From NCBI GenBank assembly GCA_963710605.1, contig CAVQBA010000006.1:736001-800000 (forward strand): a DNA stretch of 64,000 bases, in the 5' to 3' direction. Shown one piece after another: positions 39,552 to 51,090 of the stretch; position 1 is the stretch's first letter, and each line of letters begins with the position of its first letter. This DNA comes from an uncultured cyanobacterium. GTDB taxonomy: Bacteria > Cyanobacteriota > Cyanobacteriia > Cyanobacteriales > Cyanobacteriaceae. The notes beneath the pieces were generated by a model that was given only the letters and a program-made list of their open reading frames with translations, was not told the DNA's origin and made no database searches. Made by a program: the position numbers and the translations under genes.

Positions 39552-39649
39552 CAAAAACAATTGTCGATTTTTGTACTCTTTCCTCCTGTTAAAAGAGATT
39601 TAGGGGGATTGATCTTTGTTTTTGTAACAAGATTTTTTTCAGATTAACA

Positions 39650-40093
39650 TTAATTGATTTCTAACTGAAGTTTTTCGATCGTTTCTAAAGGTAACTCAGT
39701 AATAGTAACAATTAAATCTAAAGGCATTTTTTGCTCTAACATTTTCAAAGCCGTTTCTATTTTACCCTGCTCAATACCTTGCTCAATACCTTGTCGAACG
39801 CCCTTTTCGATACCTTGTTGAATAATATCCTGATAAATAACTGATTCTTTCATAGTTTCCTCCCTTAAAATATTAGTAATAACTTGTTTTTCTAAAACTA
39901 AACCTGCTAATATCTCTGTACAAGCAGAAATATTACTTTCGATCGATTTTTGGTCAATTTTCTCGATTTCTTGAGCTACTTGAGTTAATGTTGCTCTTTT
40001 ATCTTCAGTCTTACTTAAAACCGCAAATGGTAACAATGCCTTTGACTTAAAGAAAGTTTCTGTGGGTTGTTCCCATAATCGTATAATATCAAA
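39650..40093 (-). pseudogene. 5'-truncated Rpn-like (PD-(D/E)XK putative transposase) gene
   Basis: FDIIRLWEQP..LLPFAVL, MKESVIYQDIIQQG, GIEQG repeats; N-terminal nuclease half missing. Confidence 0.8.
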
Positions 40094-40200
40094 AAGAAAA
40101 TAGTTGGTACCAAATTCTAAAAATAACGCTACAAATAGATCCCCCCAACCCCCCTTACTTAAGGGGGGCTTTAAACCCTTGATTTTTTGGTAAAAATATA

Positions 40201-40284
40201 ATGTAATTAAATCGATCGATCGTTTTGTCTGTATGTAGTAATAGCTTCTAGCTATTTTGTGTCTTTGAGAATGAAACAGCCCTG
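40201..40284 (-). mobile_element. IS end remnant (ISAs1-like terminus CAGGGCTGTTTCATTC)
   Basis: Shares AGGGCTGTTTCATTCTCAAA and AAATAGCTAGAAGCTATTACTACATA with 55246-55365; family assignment from recall. Confidence 0.55.
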
Positions 40285-40317
40285 AGGGGGTTAGGGCGAT
40301 CGACCAATAATCAAGAA

Positions 40318-40372
40318 CCTTTGCCCTTTGCCCTTTGCCCCTTGCCCTTTGCCCTTTGCCCCTTGCCCTTTG
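40318..40372. repeat. Heptamer tandem repeat (TGCCCTT/TGCCCCT)
   Basis: About 7 copies. Confidence 0.85.
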
Positions 40373-40409
40373 TTATAGATATTGTAAAAAATGGATCGGT
40401 TAGGACATT

Positions 40410-41258
40410 ATGAAAGATATTCAGTCTAATTTAATTAATCATCTTCGACAAATTGTTAGATTAAGAGATCCTTTTTTTTCTGCTGAAGGACATTTTTTTG
40501 TTAAAGAATATATTAAACAAGAACTAGGACGTTTTGGTCAAGTACAAATACAAAATTTTCTTTTTAACGGCACTAGCTATCAAAATATCATCTTAGATTT
40601 ACCTACAACACCTAAGCTAAAAGATAAACCACCAATTTTGATCGCCGCTCATTATGATACAGTTTTTGGTAGTGTAGGGGCGGATGATAATGGCACTGGG
40701 GTAGCAGTTTTGTTAGAGTTAGCTGAGTATTTTAGCACTCACCAAGCAAACTATCCTTTGCGTTTTGTCGCTTTTGATTTGGAAGAATATGGATTACTGG
40801 GTAGTCGCGCTTATGTGGATGAACTAAAAAAGTATAAACAACCTTTGCGTTTGATGGTTAGTTTAGAAATGTTGGGTTATTGTAATCCTCGTCCTAATTC
40901 TCAAAGATATCCTTCTGTTTTAAAATCAATTTATCCTTCTACGGGTGATTTTATCGCTTTAGTCGGTAATTTGGTGACTATCCCCGAAATGATTCATTTT
41001 CATGGGCAAATACGTTTAGCTAAAACTAAGTGTCAGTGGTTACCCGCAGGTATAAGAGGTGCGATCGTACCTGATGCTCGTAGAAGTGATCACGCTCCCT
41101 TTTGGGAACAAGGTTATAAGGCTATTATGGTAACCGATACTGCTAATTTGAGAAATCCTCATTACCATAAACCGACAGATACGATCGATACTTTAGATTT
41201 AACTTTTTTAACGGGTGTTTGTCAAGGATTAATGTTGGCGATCGAAAATTTATCGTAA
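40410..41258 (+). CDS. M28 family peptidase
   Basis: AHYDT, GADDNGTG, FDLEE, SLEMLG, SDHAPF, YHKPTD. Confidence 0.92.
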   Translation: MKDIQSNLINHLRQIVRLRDPFFSAEGHFFVKEYIKQELGRFGQVQIQNFLFNGTSYQNIILDLPTTPKLKDKPPILIAAHYDTVFGSVGADDNGTGVAVLLELAEYFSTHQANYPLRFVAFDLEEYGLLGSRAYVDELKKYKQPLRLMVSLEMLGYCNPRPNSQRYPSVLKSIYPSTGDFIALVGNLVTIPEMIHFHGQIRLAKTKCQWLPAGIRGAIVPDARRSDHAPFWEQGYKAIMVTDTANLRNPHYHKPTDTIDTLDLTFLTGVCQGLMLAIENLS

Positions 41259-41482
41259 GTAATATAGCTTTTCCCATACTTACGAGGTACAACAAAAAAT
41301 GGTAAGTCCCCCTTTCAAAGGGGGGTTTGGGGGATTGATTTGTATTTGTATTTTTTAAATTTGGTATAAGTAATAATCACTACCATTTATTGATTAAGTG
41401 TCACAACTAGCTAAAATACCTTAAACTGTGACAGTAAGTGTAATGGTTACACATCAATAAATATAGCCTGTTTTACTCATAA

Positions 41483-42442
41483 ATGTCGAATAACTATTGT
41501 GACAGTATCACTCAAAGAAAAAACTTATTAGATAGTTTGGGAAAACTCCCCGAAGCCATTGTAGAAAACCAAGAATGGCTTTATATGTTAGAAGAAGATA
41601 CTAGACACTCTTTATCTATTGAAGGATATTTTGCGACAGAAGAAGAATTAAAAGCCGTCTTACAGGGTAAGAAAACTCAACCTGAAATTCTTAATTATTA
41701 TCGTACTTCCCAATTTATCTATGATTTAGGTTTACAATATTATCGAGAAAAATCACTTCTTTTAGATTTAGTTCTAATTCGTACTATTCACAGTCAATTA
41801 TTAAGAGGAATTGAAAAATACAGTTATTATTGTGGTCAATTTAGAATCGGTAACATTACTATTCAGGGTGCAAAAGTAAAACCTCCTCAATTAGAGCTTG
41901 AAAACTACGTTAAAACTTTCTGCGAGTATAGTCAAAATTGTTTAAGCATTTACCCTATTTTAGAAGCCTTAGCTCGTATTCATACACTTTTTGAAAGTAT
42001 CCATCCTTTTCAAGATGGTAATGGTAGAGTAGGTAGAATATTACTCAATTATTTAGCCATTTCTCAGGGTTATCCTCCTATTGTGATTAAAGGGATTGAA
42101 CTATCCCAACGCCATAAATATTATCAAGCATTAGAATCAGCCGATAAAGGATTTCACCAAGGATTTTATGATGCTAATATTTCTAGTATTCAACAAGGTT
42201 TAAATCAGGGAGATTATAGTTTATTAGTAGAATTATTGTATTTAGGATTAAAACCTAGATTAGAAACGATGATAATTACGGCTTTACAACAAAAAGAAAA
42301 CCTTTTTCTCTTAAAAGATTTAACTGATTATTTTCAAGTTAAAGAAACTACTTTACGTCAATGGATTAAAAGAGATAAATTAATAGCAATCAAAAAAAAT
42401 AACAAGCTTTATAGTCATCCAAAACTTTACTTGAACTCATAA
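41483..42442 (+). CDS. Fic family protein with a C-terminal HTH
   Basis: [18 protein letters not shown] inhibitory-type motif, [15 protein letters not shown]. Confidence 0.9.
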   Translation: MSNNYCDSITQRKNLLDSLGKLPEAIVENQEWLYMLEEDTRHSLSIEGYFATEEELKAVLQGKKTQPEILNYYRTSQFIYDLGLQYYREKSLLLDLVLIRTIHSQLLRGIEKYSYYCGQFRIGNITIQGAKVKPPQLELENYVKTFCEYSQNCLSIYPILEALARIHTLFESIHPFQDGNGRVGRILLNYLAISQGYPPIVIKGIELSQRHKYYQALESADKGFHQGFYDANISSIQQGLNQGDYSLLVELLYLGLKPRLETMIITALQQKENLFLLKDLTDYFQVKETTLRQWIKRDKLIAIKKNNKLYSHPKLYLNS

Positions 42443-42585
42443 ATGAATCGATTAATCGTTATTTTATAATAGTTAGCTACGCTATTATTAAGTGGATTTA
42501 GCGATTGAAAATTTATAATCAATTAATTCCTTTAATAATTTGCCATCAATTAATTGATTCCTTAGAGACAAGGTATGCCTTGTCT

Positions 42586-44331
42586 CTACCATTGTATTTC
42601 TAAAAGGTTTTTTAACCGTAAACGATCGATTTTACGATCGGTTTTAATTTCCCATAAATGGACATTTTTAGTTGGTAAACTAGTTAACATCTCTTGTAAT
42701 TGTTGCCAACTATTAATTAATTGATAATCGACATTGTAGGTTTTAACTAAATTACAAAAATCGATCGATTGAGGAGTCGCAAAATAATCTTCATATAAAG
42801 ACTCGTATTCAGCAATTGGTAACATTTCAAAAATTCCCCCACCATTATTATTAACTAAAATAATAATTAAACTTCCTTGTAAATATGGTCGAATCAAAAA
42901 GCCATTAGTATCATGTAATAAAGCTAAATCTCCTGTTAATAAAATAGTTGGTTGTGGATTTTGATGGGCTATTCCTAAAGCAGTTGATAAAGTGCCATCA
43001 ATACCATTTGCACCACGACTAAAATAAATTTGAAATTGTCGATCGTTTTTTTGCCAAAAATATTCAGCGTATCTTACCGACATACTATTAGCAATTACTA
43101 CAGGTGTTTTAACAGGTAAATATTGAGATAACATCCAGACTATTTTACCCTCAAACATTTCTTGATGATTACTCAGCTTATGTTGTAAGCGATGATTGAT
43201 TTGCTGATCGATTTGTTTCCATTTGTGGGTATTGTTTATATTAGTTGAAGGAGCTATCTGAGGAAATTCTGCTTTAATACTAGTTAGATTAGTTCTTAAA
43301 TGAACTGAGTTAGTATGCAAAGCATCAACATTATCCTCATGATCAACAATAATATAAGTCTTGATTTTGTGAGTGTTTAACCAACTTCTCAAAATCTTGC
43401 TTGTAGGATATTTACCAATTAAAATCACCACTTCAGGTAATAATTCTTGAGCATATTTCGCTATGCGTAAAATGATGTCATAATTGACGATCAAGTTTTG
43501 TTGATATAAATCACTGTAGTTTCTCACAGGAGAAAGTGCTTCAGCTAAAATAGGAAAGTTTAATTGTTGAGATAACAAAGCGATCGTTTGACAGTATTGT
43601 TGATTATTTTGTGGCGAATCAACCCCCGCAATAATTATTCCTTTTTCCGATTTTGACCACTCAATTAAATACTGCTTAATATTTGTTGATTTTTCTAAGT
43701 TATTAACCTGAAAAATAGGTAAATTAGCTAACAATTGTTCTGTAATAAAACTTTGTTTTTCTTGACTAATATGCAATTGTTTGCAAGGAGATAAAGGTTC
43801 TTGAAAAGGAATATTAAGATGAACAACTCCAGCATGAGGAAAACAACTTTTTTCCCAAGCATGAATAATAGTTTGTCGTAGATAAAATAATTGATTTAGT
43901 TCAATAGATGGTAAAGATAATTCTGTTTGCCATTGAGGATAATTAGCATACAAATTAATTTGCTCAATTGCTTGTCCTGCATGGCAATTTCGTAATTCAA
44001 AAGGACGATCGGCGGTTAGAATAATTAATGGTACATGACTATATCTAGCTTCAATAATGGCAGGATAAAAATTAGCTCCTGCTGTTCCCGATGTGCAGAT
44101 TAAAATAGTTGGTTGATAAGTTCTTTTCGCTATTCCTAAAGCAAAAAAAGCCGCTGATCTTTCATCTAAAATAGGAATAGTCTTAATCTGTTTATGTTCA
44201 GCAAAAGCGATCGTTAGAGGAGTAGATCTAGAACCGGGGCTTATTACTGCATTTTTGACTCCTAAAGTAGCGAAAGTTTCAGCGATTAGTGAACTCCAAA
44301 GAGTATTTATATTATTAAAACTAAGGGGCAT
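42586..44331 (-). CDS. menD: SEPHCHC synthase
   Basis: SPGSRSTPL, DERSAAFFALG, TSGTA, SRGANGIDG, GDLALLHD, NNNGGGIF. Confidence 0.97.
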   Translation of the reverse strand: MPLSFNNINTLWSSLIAETFATLGVKNAVISPGSRSTPLTIAFAEHKQIKTIPILDERSAAFFALGIAKRTYQPTILICTSGTAGANFYPAIIEARYSHVPLIILTADRPFELRNCHAGQAIEQINLYANYPQWQTELSLPSIELNQLFYLRQTIIHAWEKSCFPHAGVVHLNIPFQEPLSPCKQLHISQEKQSFITEQLLANLPIFQVNNLEKSTNIKQYLIEWSKSEKGIIIAGVDSPQNNQQYCQTIALLSQQLNFPILAEALSPVRNYSDLYQQNLIVNYDIILRIAKYAQELLPEVVILIGKYPTSKILRSWLNTHKIKTYIIVDHEDNVDALHTNSVHLRTNLTSIKAEFPQIAPSTNINNTHKWKQIDQQINHRLQHKLSNHQEMFEGKIVWMLSQYLPVKTPVVIANSMSVRYAEYFWQKNDRQFQIYFSRGANGIDGTLSTALGIAHQNPQPTILLTGDLALLHDTNGFLIRPYLQGSLIIILVNNNGGGIFEMLPIAEYESLYEDYFATPQSIDFCNLVKTYNVDYQLINSWQQLQEMLTSLPTKNVHLWEIKTDRKIDRLRLKNLLEIQW

Positions 44332-44654
44332 TAATGATGATTAAAATTAAAATTTATAAAAACTATGATAGAACAATAAAAAATAAAACATAACTAATTA
44401 AAAGTTGTCACAAAAAGAAATTAATTCTAATTTAATCTAGCTACGATAAAATGATAAGAATGATAGTGTATGAGTTGAGTGAATTTAGATGTGATGACTA
44501 AATTTTAAAAAATAACGAATCGCACACTATCCACTTTATTGTCAATGGTCTGTGAGCAATTGTCAATTTTATCGAATTATCGTCAGCATTTTAAGAGTGC
44601 GAGGCAAACTCGTACCTTATCTGACAGCAATTATCAATTATCAATTATTAATTA

Positions 44655-46163
44655 ATGTTAGAAGCTAAAGTCCACTCTCAACTGAGAACTTTTTTACGTA
44701 ACCAGCAAGATTCGGCGTGGAATCATCACTTAACCATGGCGAGAATGGTTGCACGTGGACTAAGATTAAAACGATCGACAATTATCCAAACAGGTGTCAG
44801 TCACGAAGAATATCTACCTAGCTATATCACTCCTGCTTTATTGTGCGATTCTCCAGTGATGATAGTCACAGATAAACAAAGACAAAAGAAACTAATTGAA
44901 AATGACCTTTATTTTTTTCAAAAGTCTTTAAATATAGGTTTGTCGATTGAAAATAAAAATGAAATAAATATAGTTAATAAACCTAATTTGCTAGTTGTTG
45001 ATTATCAGACTTGGTTAGATAAAACTTATAGTCATTCACTTAATTCATCTAGCTCTATAATAGTCACTAATGCCGAGAAACTACCTAATATTATTAGTGA
45101 CTATTTAACCCAAGAAATTATTAGTCAGCAATGGTATCAGCTAGTAATTGATTTTCCTCAACACCAAGATATATTAAGAGACAAGTTAGCTAAATTAACT
45201 CAACTAATCTACGCTCATCCTCGTAACCGTGATGATAGTTATTTATTAGATGAAGAAGAAATTATAGTTATTAATCAAATCTGTGAACTAGTTAAAACAG
45301 TTGGTGACAATAATTCTGCTGGGCAGAAATTTCTCGATTTCCAAAGCAAACTTTTATCTTATCCTAATTATGTCGGTTACTTTAAAATCGATCGTAATCA
45401 ACCTTCATTTAGCTTAAATGTATCTCCTTTAGAATTAAAATCATCAATTAATAAAATATGGCAAAACAATAATTTTGTCTTGATTGCAAATTATTTAGAA
45501 CCAGAAAAATATCCTGTAGATTACGGTGATAAATTAGGAATTGATTTAGAAGAATTTACTTGTTTAAAATTTTTTCCTTCTGCTCAAAAATATTCCTTAA
45601 AAATGTATTTTACCAAAGGGCTTCCTTTTCCTAATAATCCTAACTTTTTAGCTAAAGTAAACCAAGAAATATTAGCCTTAGTCGCAGCGATCAAAATTGA
45701 TCATCATCCGATCGTAATTATCATTGATGACTTACCATTACAAGGTCAAATCACTACCAATTTAGCCGCTAACTTTGGTACGAGAGTACAATTAAAAAGT
45801 CAGAAAATCAAAAATAATACAATTTTAGTTTGTGACTTAAAATTCTGGTTAACTCACCAAACGACAATCAAATCACCCCAACTATTAATTATACCGACTT
45901 TACCAATTCCTTCATTAGAAAATCCCTTAGTTTCGGCTCAAGTGACTTATTACAAACAAAGAAAGAAAGATTGGTTTCGTCTTTTTTTATTACCTCAAAC
46001 AATTAAAATCTTACAAAGAGCGACTATTTCTGTAAGAGAAAATAACGGCGTTTTAGCATTACTAGATAATCGAGTTAATCATCGTAGTTACGGAATAAAA
46101 ATTTTACAATCTTTAGAACCTTATGAAAAAATAAATTATCTTGATCTAGATTGGTTAAATTAA
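44655..46163 (+). CDS. DinG-like helicase C-terminal domain protein, lacking a clear Walker A
   Basis: HLTMARMVARGLR, TLPIPSLENPLV, ALLDNRV. Confidence 0.75.
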   Translation: MLEAKVHSQLRTFLRNQQDSAWNHHLTMARMVARGLRLKRSTIIQTGVSHEEYLPSYITPALLCDSPVMIVTDKQRQKKLIENDLYFFQKSLNIGLSIENKNEINIVNKPNLLVVDYQTWLDKTYSHSLNSSSSIIVTNAEKLPNIISDYLTQEIISQQWYQLVIDFPQHQDILRDKLAKLTQLIYAHPRNRDDSYLLDEEEIIVINQICELVKTVGDNNSAGQKFLDFQSKLLSYPNYVGYFKIDRNQPSFSLNVSPLELKSSINKIWQNNNFVLIANYLEPEKYPVDYGDKLGIDLEEFTCLKFFPSAQKYSLKMYFTKGLPFPNNPNFLAKVNQEILALVAAIKIDHHPIVIIIDDLPLQGQITTNLAANFGTRVQLKSQKIKNNTILVCDLKFWLTHQTTIKSPQLLIIPTLPIPSLENPLVSAQVTYYKQRKKDWFRLFLLPQTIKILQRATISVRENNGVLALLDNRVNHRSYGIKILQSLEPYEKINYLDLDWLN

Positions 46164-46438
46164 TTTTGCTCACAAGAAGTATCGAGAATGAATAAAAAAC
46201 TTTGTCTAATCATCAATTAATTAATTATTGTTCGATCGTCTGAGTCTTAAAGTTTATCTATATGTTATCAATAGTTTGCTCATCGTTTAAAACTAAGATT
46301 TGTATAAGTTAAAATAGTTAAATTATGCTCACAGCGATCGATTTAATTTAATTGAATCTAATCATTTTAGTGCTAATTAGTCACTAATTTTCTGGCAAAT
46401 GAGATCTTTAATTATCTATTATCAATCACTTATTATTT

Positions 46439-47620
46439 ATGTTATATCGTCGATTTGGTAGAACAAATTTACAAATGCCTGTTTTTTCTTGTGGTGGAAT
46501 GCGTTATCAACACAAATGGCAAGATTTATCTTTAAATGATATTCCCGTAGATAATCAAACTAATTTGGAAGCAACAATTAGAAAAAGCGTTGATATAGGT
46601 ATCAATCATATCGAAACAGCACGAGGTTATGGCACATCAGAAATACAATTAGGGCAAATTTTACCTAAACTACCACGAGAAAAACTGATTGTCCAAACAA
46701 AAGTCTCACCAAATGCTGACTCTAAAAAATTTAGAGCTAATTTTGAGACATCAATGAAAAACCTAAAACTTGATTATGTCGATTTATTAGGCATACATGG
46801 CATTAATACCATCAAAGATTTAGAAAACACTATTCGCCCTGGCGGTTGCTTAGATGAAGCTAGAAAGCTACAACAACAAGGAAGAGTTCGCTATATCGGT
46901 TTTTCAACTCATGGGGCGACACAGATAATTGTGAAAGCGATTGAGACTAATCAATTTGATTATGTTAATTTACATTGGTACTGGATTTTTCAAAACAATT
47001 GGCAGGCTATCACCCAAGCAAGTCAGCGTGATATGGGAGTATTCATTATTAGCCCATCAAATAAAGGCGGAATGCTATATCAACCTTCGGCTAAATTAGC
47101 CCAATTATGTCAGCCTCTTAGCCCGATGGTTTTCAATAACTTATTTTGTTTATCTCATCCTCAAGTACATACTTTAAGTATTGGGGCGGCTAAACCAAGT
47201 GATTTTGATGAGCATTTAAAAACCTTACCTTTACTCTCACAACTAGATGATGTATTACCTCCTATCATCGATCGATTAGAAACAGAAGCCAGAAAAGTTT
47301 TAGGCTCAAATTGGGTTGACAATTGGCACAAAGGTTTACCTAGTTATCAAGATACTCCGGGTAATATCAATATTTATACCATCCTTTGGTTAAGAAACTT
47401 GACGATCGCTTATGATTTAGTTGAATACGGCAAAATGCGTTATAACTTACTCGGTAACGGAGGAGATTGGTTTCCTGGGCAAAAAGCCGACAAATTAGCT
47501 CAGTTTGATTTAAAACCATGTCTTAAAAATAGCCCTTTTCAAGCTCAAATACCTCAATTGTTAGCTGAAGCTGAATCTATATTAGGAGGAAAAGAAGTCA
47601 AGCGTCTTTCTCAAAGTTAA
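46439..47620 (+). CDS. Aldo/keto reductase family protein
   Basis: YRRFGRT, HIETARGYG, QTKV, IGFSTHG. Confidence 0.92.
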   Translation: MLYRRFGRTNLQMPVFSCGGMRYQHKWQDLSLNDIPVDNQTNLEATIRKSVDIGINHIETARGYGTSEIQLGQILPKLPREKLIVQTKVSPNADSKKFRANFETSMKNLKLDYVDLLGIHGINTIKDLENTIRPGGCLDEARKLQQQGRVRYIGFSTHGATQIIVKAIETNQFDYVNLHWYWIFQNNWQAITQASQRDMGVFIISPSNKGGMLYQPSAKLAQLCQPLSPMVFNNLFCLSHPQVHTLSIGAAKPSDFDEHLKTLPLLSQLDDVLPPIIDRLETEARKVLGSNWVDNWHKGLPSYQDTPGNINIYTILWLRNLTIAYDLVEYGKMRYNLLGNGGDWFPGQKADKLAQFDLKPCLKNSPFQAQIPQLLAEAESILGGKEVKRLSQS

Positions 47621-47820
47621 AGCATTCGTAATAACTAAATTGAAAAAAGGTTAATTTATTGAATCAATAAACGTTATTTATCTTAATCTGATTAAAGAAA
47701 TAAAATATCATAAATTATTGACTAAATTAAAAAAAATTAGCTAATCTTAATCTAATTTGAACCTTAAAGTACTAAGATGATATAACAATGTTTTGGAGTA
47801 TTTATCAATAGCTAAATATA

Positions 47821-48126
47821 ATGACCAATAGTTATAAAATTAAATTTGTTAATCCCGACAAAAATAGCGAACAAGTTTTAGAAGTTTTGGCTGATGAATA
47901 CATTTTAGATGGAGCGGAAAGACAAAATTTGAATTTACCATACTCTTGTCGTGCAGGTGTTTGTATTAGTTGTACTGCTAAATTGTTAAAAGGCTCGGTT
48001 AATCATGACTATGATTTTTTACAACAAAAAGAAATAGAAGAAGGTTTTTTCCTTGCTTGTAAAGCTTATGCTACTTCTGACTGTGTAGTTCAAACACATC
48101 AGGAAGATGCTTTACTTGACTTGTAG
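47821..48126 (+). CDS. Plant-type [2Fe-2S] ferredoxin paralog
   Basis: LPYSCRAGVCISC...LAC. Confidence 0.93.
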   Translation: MTNSYKIKFVNPDKNSEQVLEVLADEYILDGAERQNLNLPYSCRAGVCISCTAKLLKGSVNHDYDFLQQKEIEEGFFLACKAYATSDCVVQTHQEDALLDL

Positions 48127-48398
48127 ATTAATTAAAAAATTAATCAGATTACTTATTCTTGAGTTTTGAGGTAAAAGGCTAGTAATTAAAATAATATTTA
48201 GTTACTTATAAATCGCTAAGTATCTCGATAATTTTATTTTGATTTAACAAGTTAAGCCTTGAGTTTAACTACCCTATTTTTAGGGTAATATTTACTCTTA
48301 TCTGCTTTCAAACTTTATTTTTAACGGCTAATTAGTTTACTTAATATAGTTATTTAAAATAATTATTATATATTGGATTTGAAACTAACTACCATAAT

Positions 48399-48674
48399 TT
48401 ATTTTTCGATTTTATCTAACTGCCAAAGAATTTGATTCCCTTCTCTTTTAACTCGAGAGACAATCCAATTACGCCAATACCATTCATTCCCTCTACTTGT
48501 TACCGCACTAGCGTTTACATCTATTAAATAAGCTAATTCAGCACTAGTAATTAAATAACCATTATTAGAAATTTTCTCAGCTATCTGAAGCGTTTTGATG
48601 GTATTTTTTAATTGTTGTACTTTTTCATCACGAGTTAAACATGATTCATCAGAACTATTATATGATTGACTCAT
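48399..48674 (-). CDS. Small cyanobacterial hypothetical protein
   Basis: GYLITSAELAYLIDVNASAVTSRG...WRNW. Confidence 0.75.
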   Translation of the reverse strand: MSQSYNSSDESCLTRDEKVQQLKNTIKTLQIAEKISNNGYLITSAELAYLIDVNASAVTSRGNEWYWRNWIVSRVKREGNQILWQLDKIEK

Positions 48675-49095
48675 GGGTTTATAGTCTAAGGTTAATTTAT
48701 CTTATTAACTACAAATCATACTTAAATAATCAAAACTTTGGTTTAAATTAAAGTGAATTTCATCAACTCTTTTTTTTTCCACTTAAGTAAATATATAAAA
48801 TTAATATTTATTAGCTAAGTTATTAGTATTAATTATTAAGTAAAATTACTGTTGTTTTTGGAATACATAATTATTACATTAATCAAATATTAACTTAAAT
48901 AACTAATAATTAGAAACAATATTGTCATCAAAACTGGTTAATAATAGCACTTTGAATCAATCACCAAGGGCTATTAATTAAAGTAAACGCCGCCCAATAA
49001 TCCCTTACTCATTACTCATTACTCGTTACTCATTCTGTTATTATTGATTACTTATTAAATAAATTTTTGATTGTGAGGATTGAAAAAATACAATT

Positions 49096-50883
49096 ATGCA
49101 AATAATCGATTGGATTGTTGTCTTGCTGTACCTGATTTTAACGATGGCGATCGGTATTTATTTATCAAAAAAAGCCTCTAAAAGTATGGAAGACTTTTTC
49201 GTATCAGGAAGATCATTATCATGGTGGTTAGCAGGTACAAGTATGGCGGCGACAACCTTTTCGATCGATACACCATTATATATTTGCGGAGTTGTAGCCT
49301 CTAGAGGAATTGCCGGTAACTGGGAATGGTGGAGTTTTGGGCTTGCTCATGTCGTCTTAATTTATGTCTTTGCGAGATTGTGGCGACGCGCAGAAGTAGT
49401 GACGGATGCAGAATTAACCGAGATTCGTTATGGCGGTAAGATGGCGGCAGTTTTACGGGCAACCAAGGCTTTTATCTTTGCTGTACCAATTAATTGTATT
49501 GGTATCGGTTATGCCATGTTGGCAATGGTTAAAGTAGTCACCGCATTAGAGTTATGGGAAAGTTTGGGTTTAAATGTAGGTGAGCAAGGTAAATTATTTA
49601 GTGTGATTGCAGTTAGTATTTTTGTTTTAATTTACTCTAGCTTTTCAGGATTATGGGGTGTAGTTATCACCGATTTTTTCCAATTTTTTCTGGCTTTAGT
49701 CGGGGCGATGGTAGTGGCGATTATCGCTGTTAATCATGTTGGTGGTATTCATGAATTGATTCCTCAAGTACAACAAGCAACAGATATTGATGTTTTATCT
49801 TTAATACCTTTAACTAAAGGGGAAGGTTTTTTTAATTGGCAATGGAGTGATGTAGCAGGAATTAGCTTGAGTACTTTTTCAACTTATCTGTTGGTACAGT
49901 GGTGGAGTTTTCGTCGTAGTGATGGTGGTGGTGAATTTATTCAACGTTTGATTTCAGCTAAAGATGAAGCAGAAGCAGAAAAAGCGGCATGGTTTTTTAA
50001 TATCCTTAATTATATCATTCGTACTTGGCCATGGATTTTGGTGGCTTTAGCGGCAATCGTTATTTATCCTGATTTAGAAGATCCTGAATTGGGTTATCCT
50101 AAATTAATGTTAGACTTTCTACCTCCTGTTGTTTTAGGATTGGTAGTTGCTTCTTTGATTGCCGCTTTTATGAGTACGGTTTCGACTTCTATTAATTGGG
50201 GTGCATCTTACATTACTAATGATTTGTATCGTCGTTTTTTTGCCCCTGAAGCAACTCAAGAGCAATTAGTTTTTGCTGGTAGAATAGCCTCTGTGGGGGT
50301 TACTGTTTTGGGTGCTATGGCGGCGTTTTTTGCGACTGATATTAGTACTGTTTTTCGTTTAGTGATAGCGATCGGTACAGGACCTGGTTTAGTGCTAATC
50401 TTAAGATGGTATTGGTGGCGAATTAATGCCACAGCGGAGTTAGCGGCGATGGTAGCGGGTTTTATTATTGGTTGTTTGAGTTTGATTCCTGATTTTTTCC
50501 CTGCTGATTTTGGGCAAAAACTAGTCATGATTTCTTTCTATACAGGTATTATCTGGATTACAGCGATGTTTGCCACTCCACCTGAGTCTGAGGAAACTTT
50601 AACTCAATTTTATTTACGTGTTCGCCCTGCGGGTATTGGTTGGCGTAAACAACAACAACAAACGGGTGTTAAACCTTTACAGAATTTACGATTAGATGTT
50701 TTAAAATCGATCGCTTCTGTTCTATTATTATTTGGTTTAATGTTATCTATCGGTGGATTTTTATTATTACAATCTCGTATTGCTTGGTTTTCTCTTATTA
50801 CCGCCGTCATTGGTGGTTTTTGGTTACGACACCTCAATAAGCAAAAAATCTTTCCTTTACCTCGCCCTGGCACAGATAGTTAA
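49096..50883 (+). CDS. Sodium:solute symporter
   Basis: DFFVSGRSLSWW, SMAATTFS, GLWGVVITD, AAFMST; many TM helices. Confidence 0.93.
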   Translation: MQIIDWIVVLLYLILTMAIGIYLSKKASKSMEDFFVSGRSLSWWLAGTSMAATTFSIDTPLYICGVVASRGIAGNWEWWSFGLAHVVLIYVFARLWRRAEVVTDAELTEIRYGGKMAAVLRATKAFIFAVPINCIGIGYAMLAMVKVVTALELWESLGLNVGEQGKLFSVIAVSIFVLIYSSFSGLWGVVITDFFQFFLALVGAMVVAIIAVNHVGGIHELIPQVQQATDIDVLSLIPLTKGEGFFNWQWSDVAGISLSTFSTYLLVQWWSFRRSDGGGEFIQRLISAKDEAEAEKAAWFFNILNYIIRTWPWILVALAAIVIYPDLEDPELGYPKLMLDFLPPVVLGLVVASLIAAFMSTVSTSINWGASYITNDLYRRFFAPEATQEQLVFAGRIASVGVTVLGAMAAFFATDISTVFRLVIAIGTGPGLVLILRWYWWRINATAELAAMVAGFIIGCLSLIPDFFPADFGQKLVMISFYTGIIWITAMFATPPESEETLTQFYLRVRPAGIGWRKQQQQTGVKPLQNLRLDVLKSIASVLLLFGLMLSIGGFLLLQSRIAWFSLITAVIGGFWLRHLNKQKIFPLPRPGTDS

Positions 50884-51090
50884 GAGTTAAAAGTTAAGAG
50901 TTAAGAGTTAAGAGAGATGGATTGTTAATTGTTAATTGATTTGTGGTGTTTTGAGGTAAAATAATATCTAGAGTATGGATGGTTATTTAGTTTGTACCGT
51001 CGTTTAGTATGATGAATTTTCTCATTGATTAATAAAATCAATTTTACTACTAATCATAATTAATTAAATAATAATAAAGGAGATATTAAC

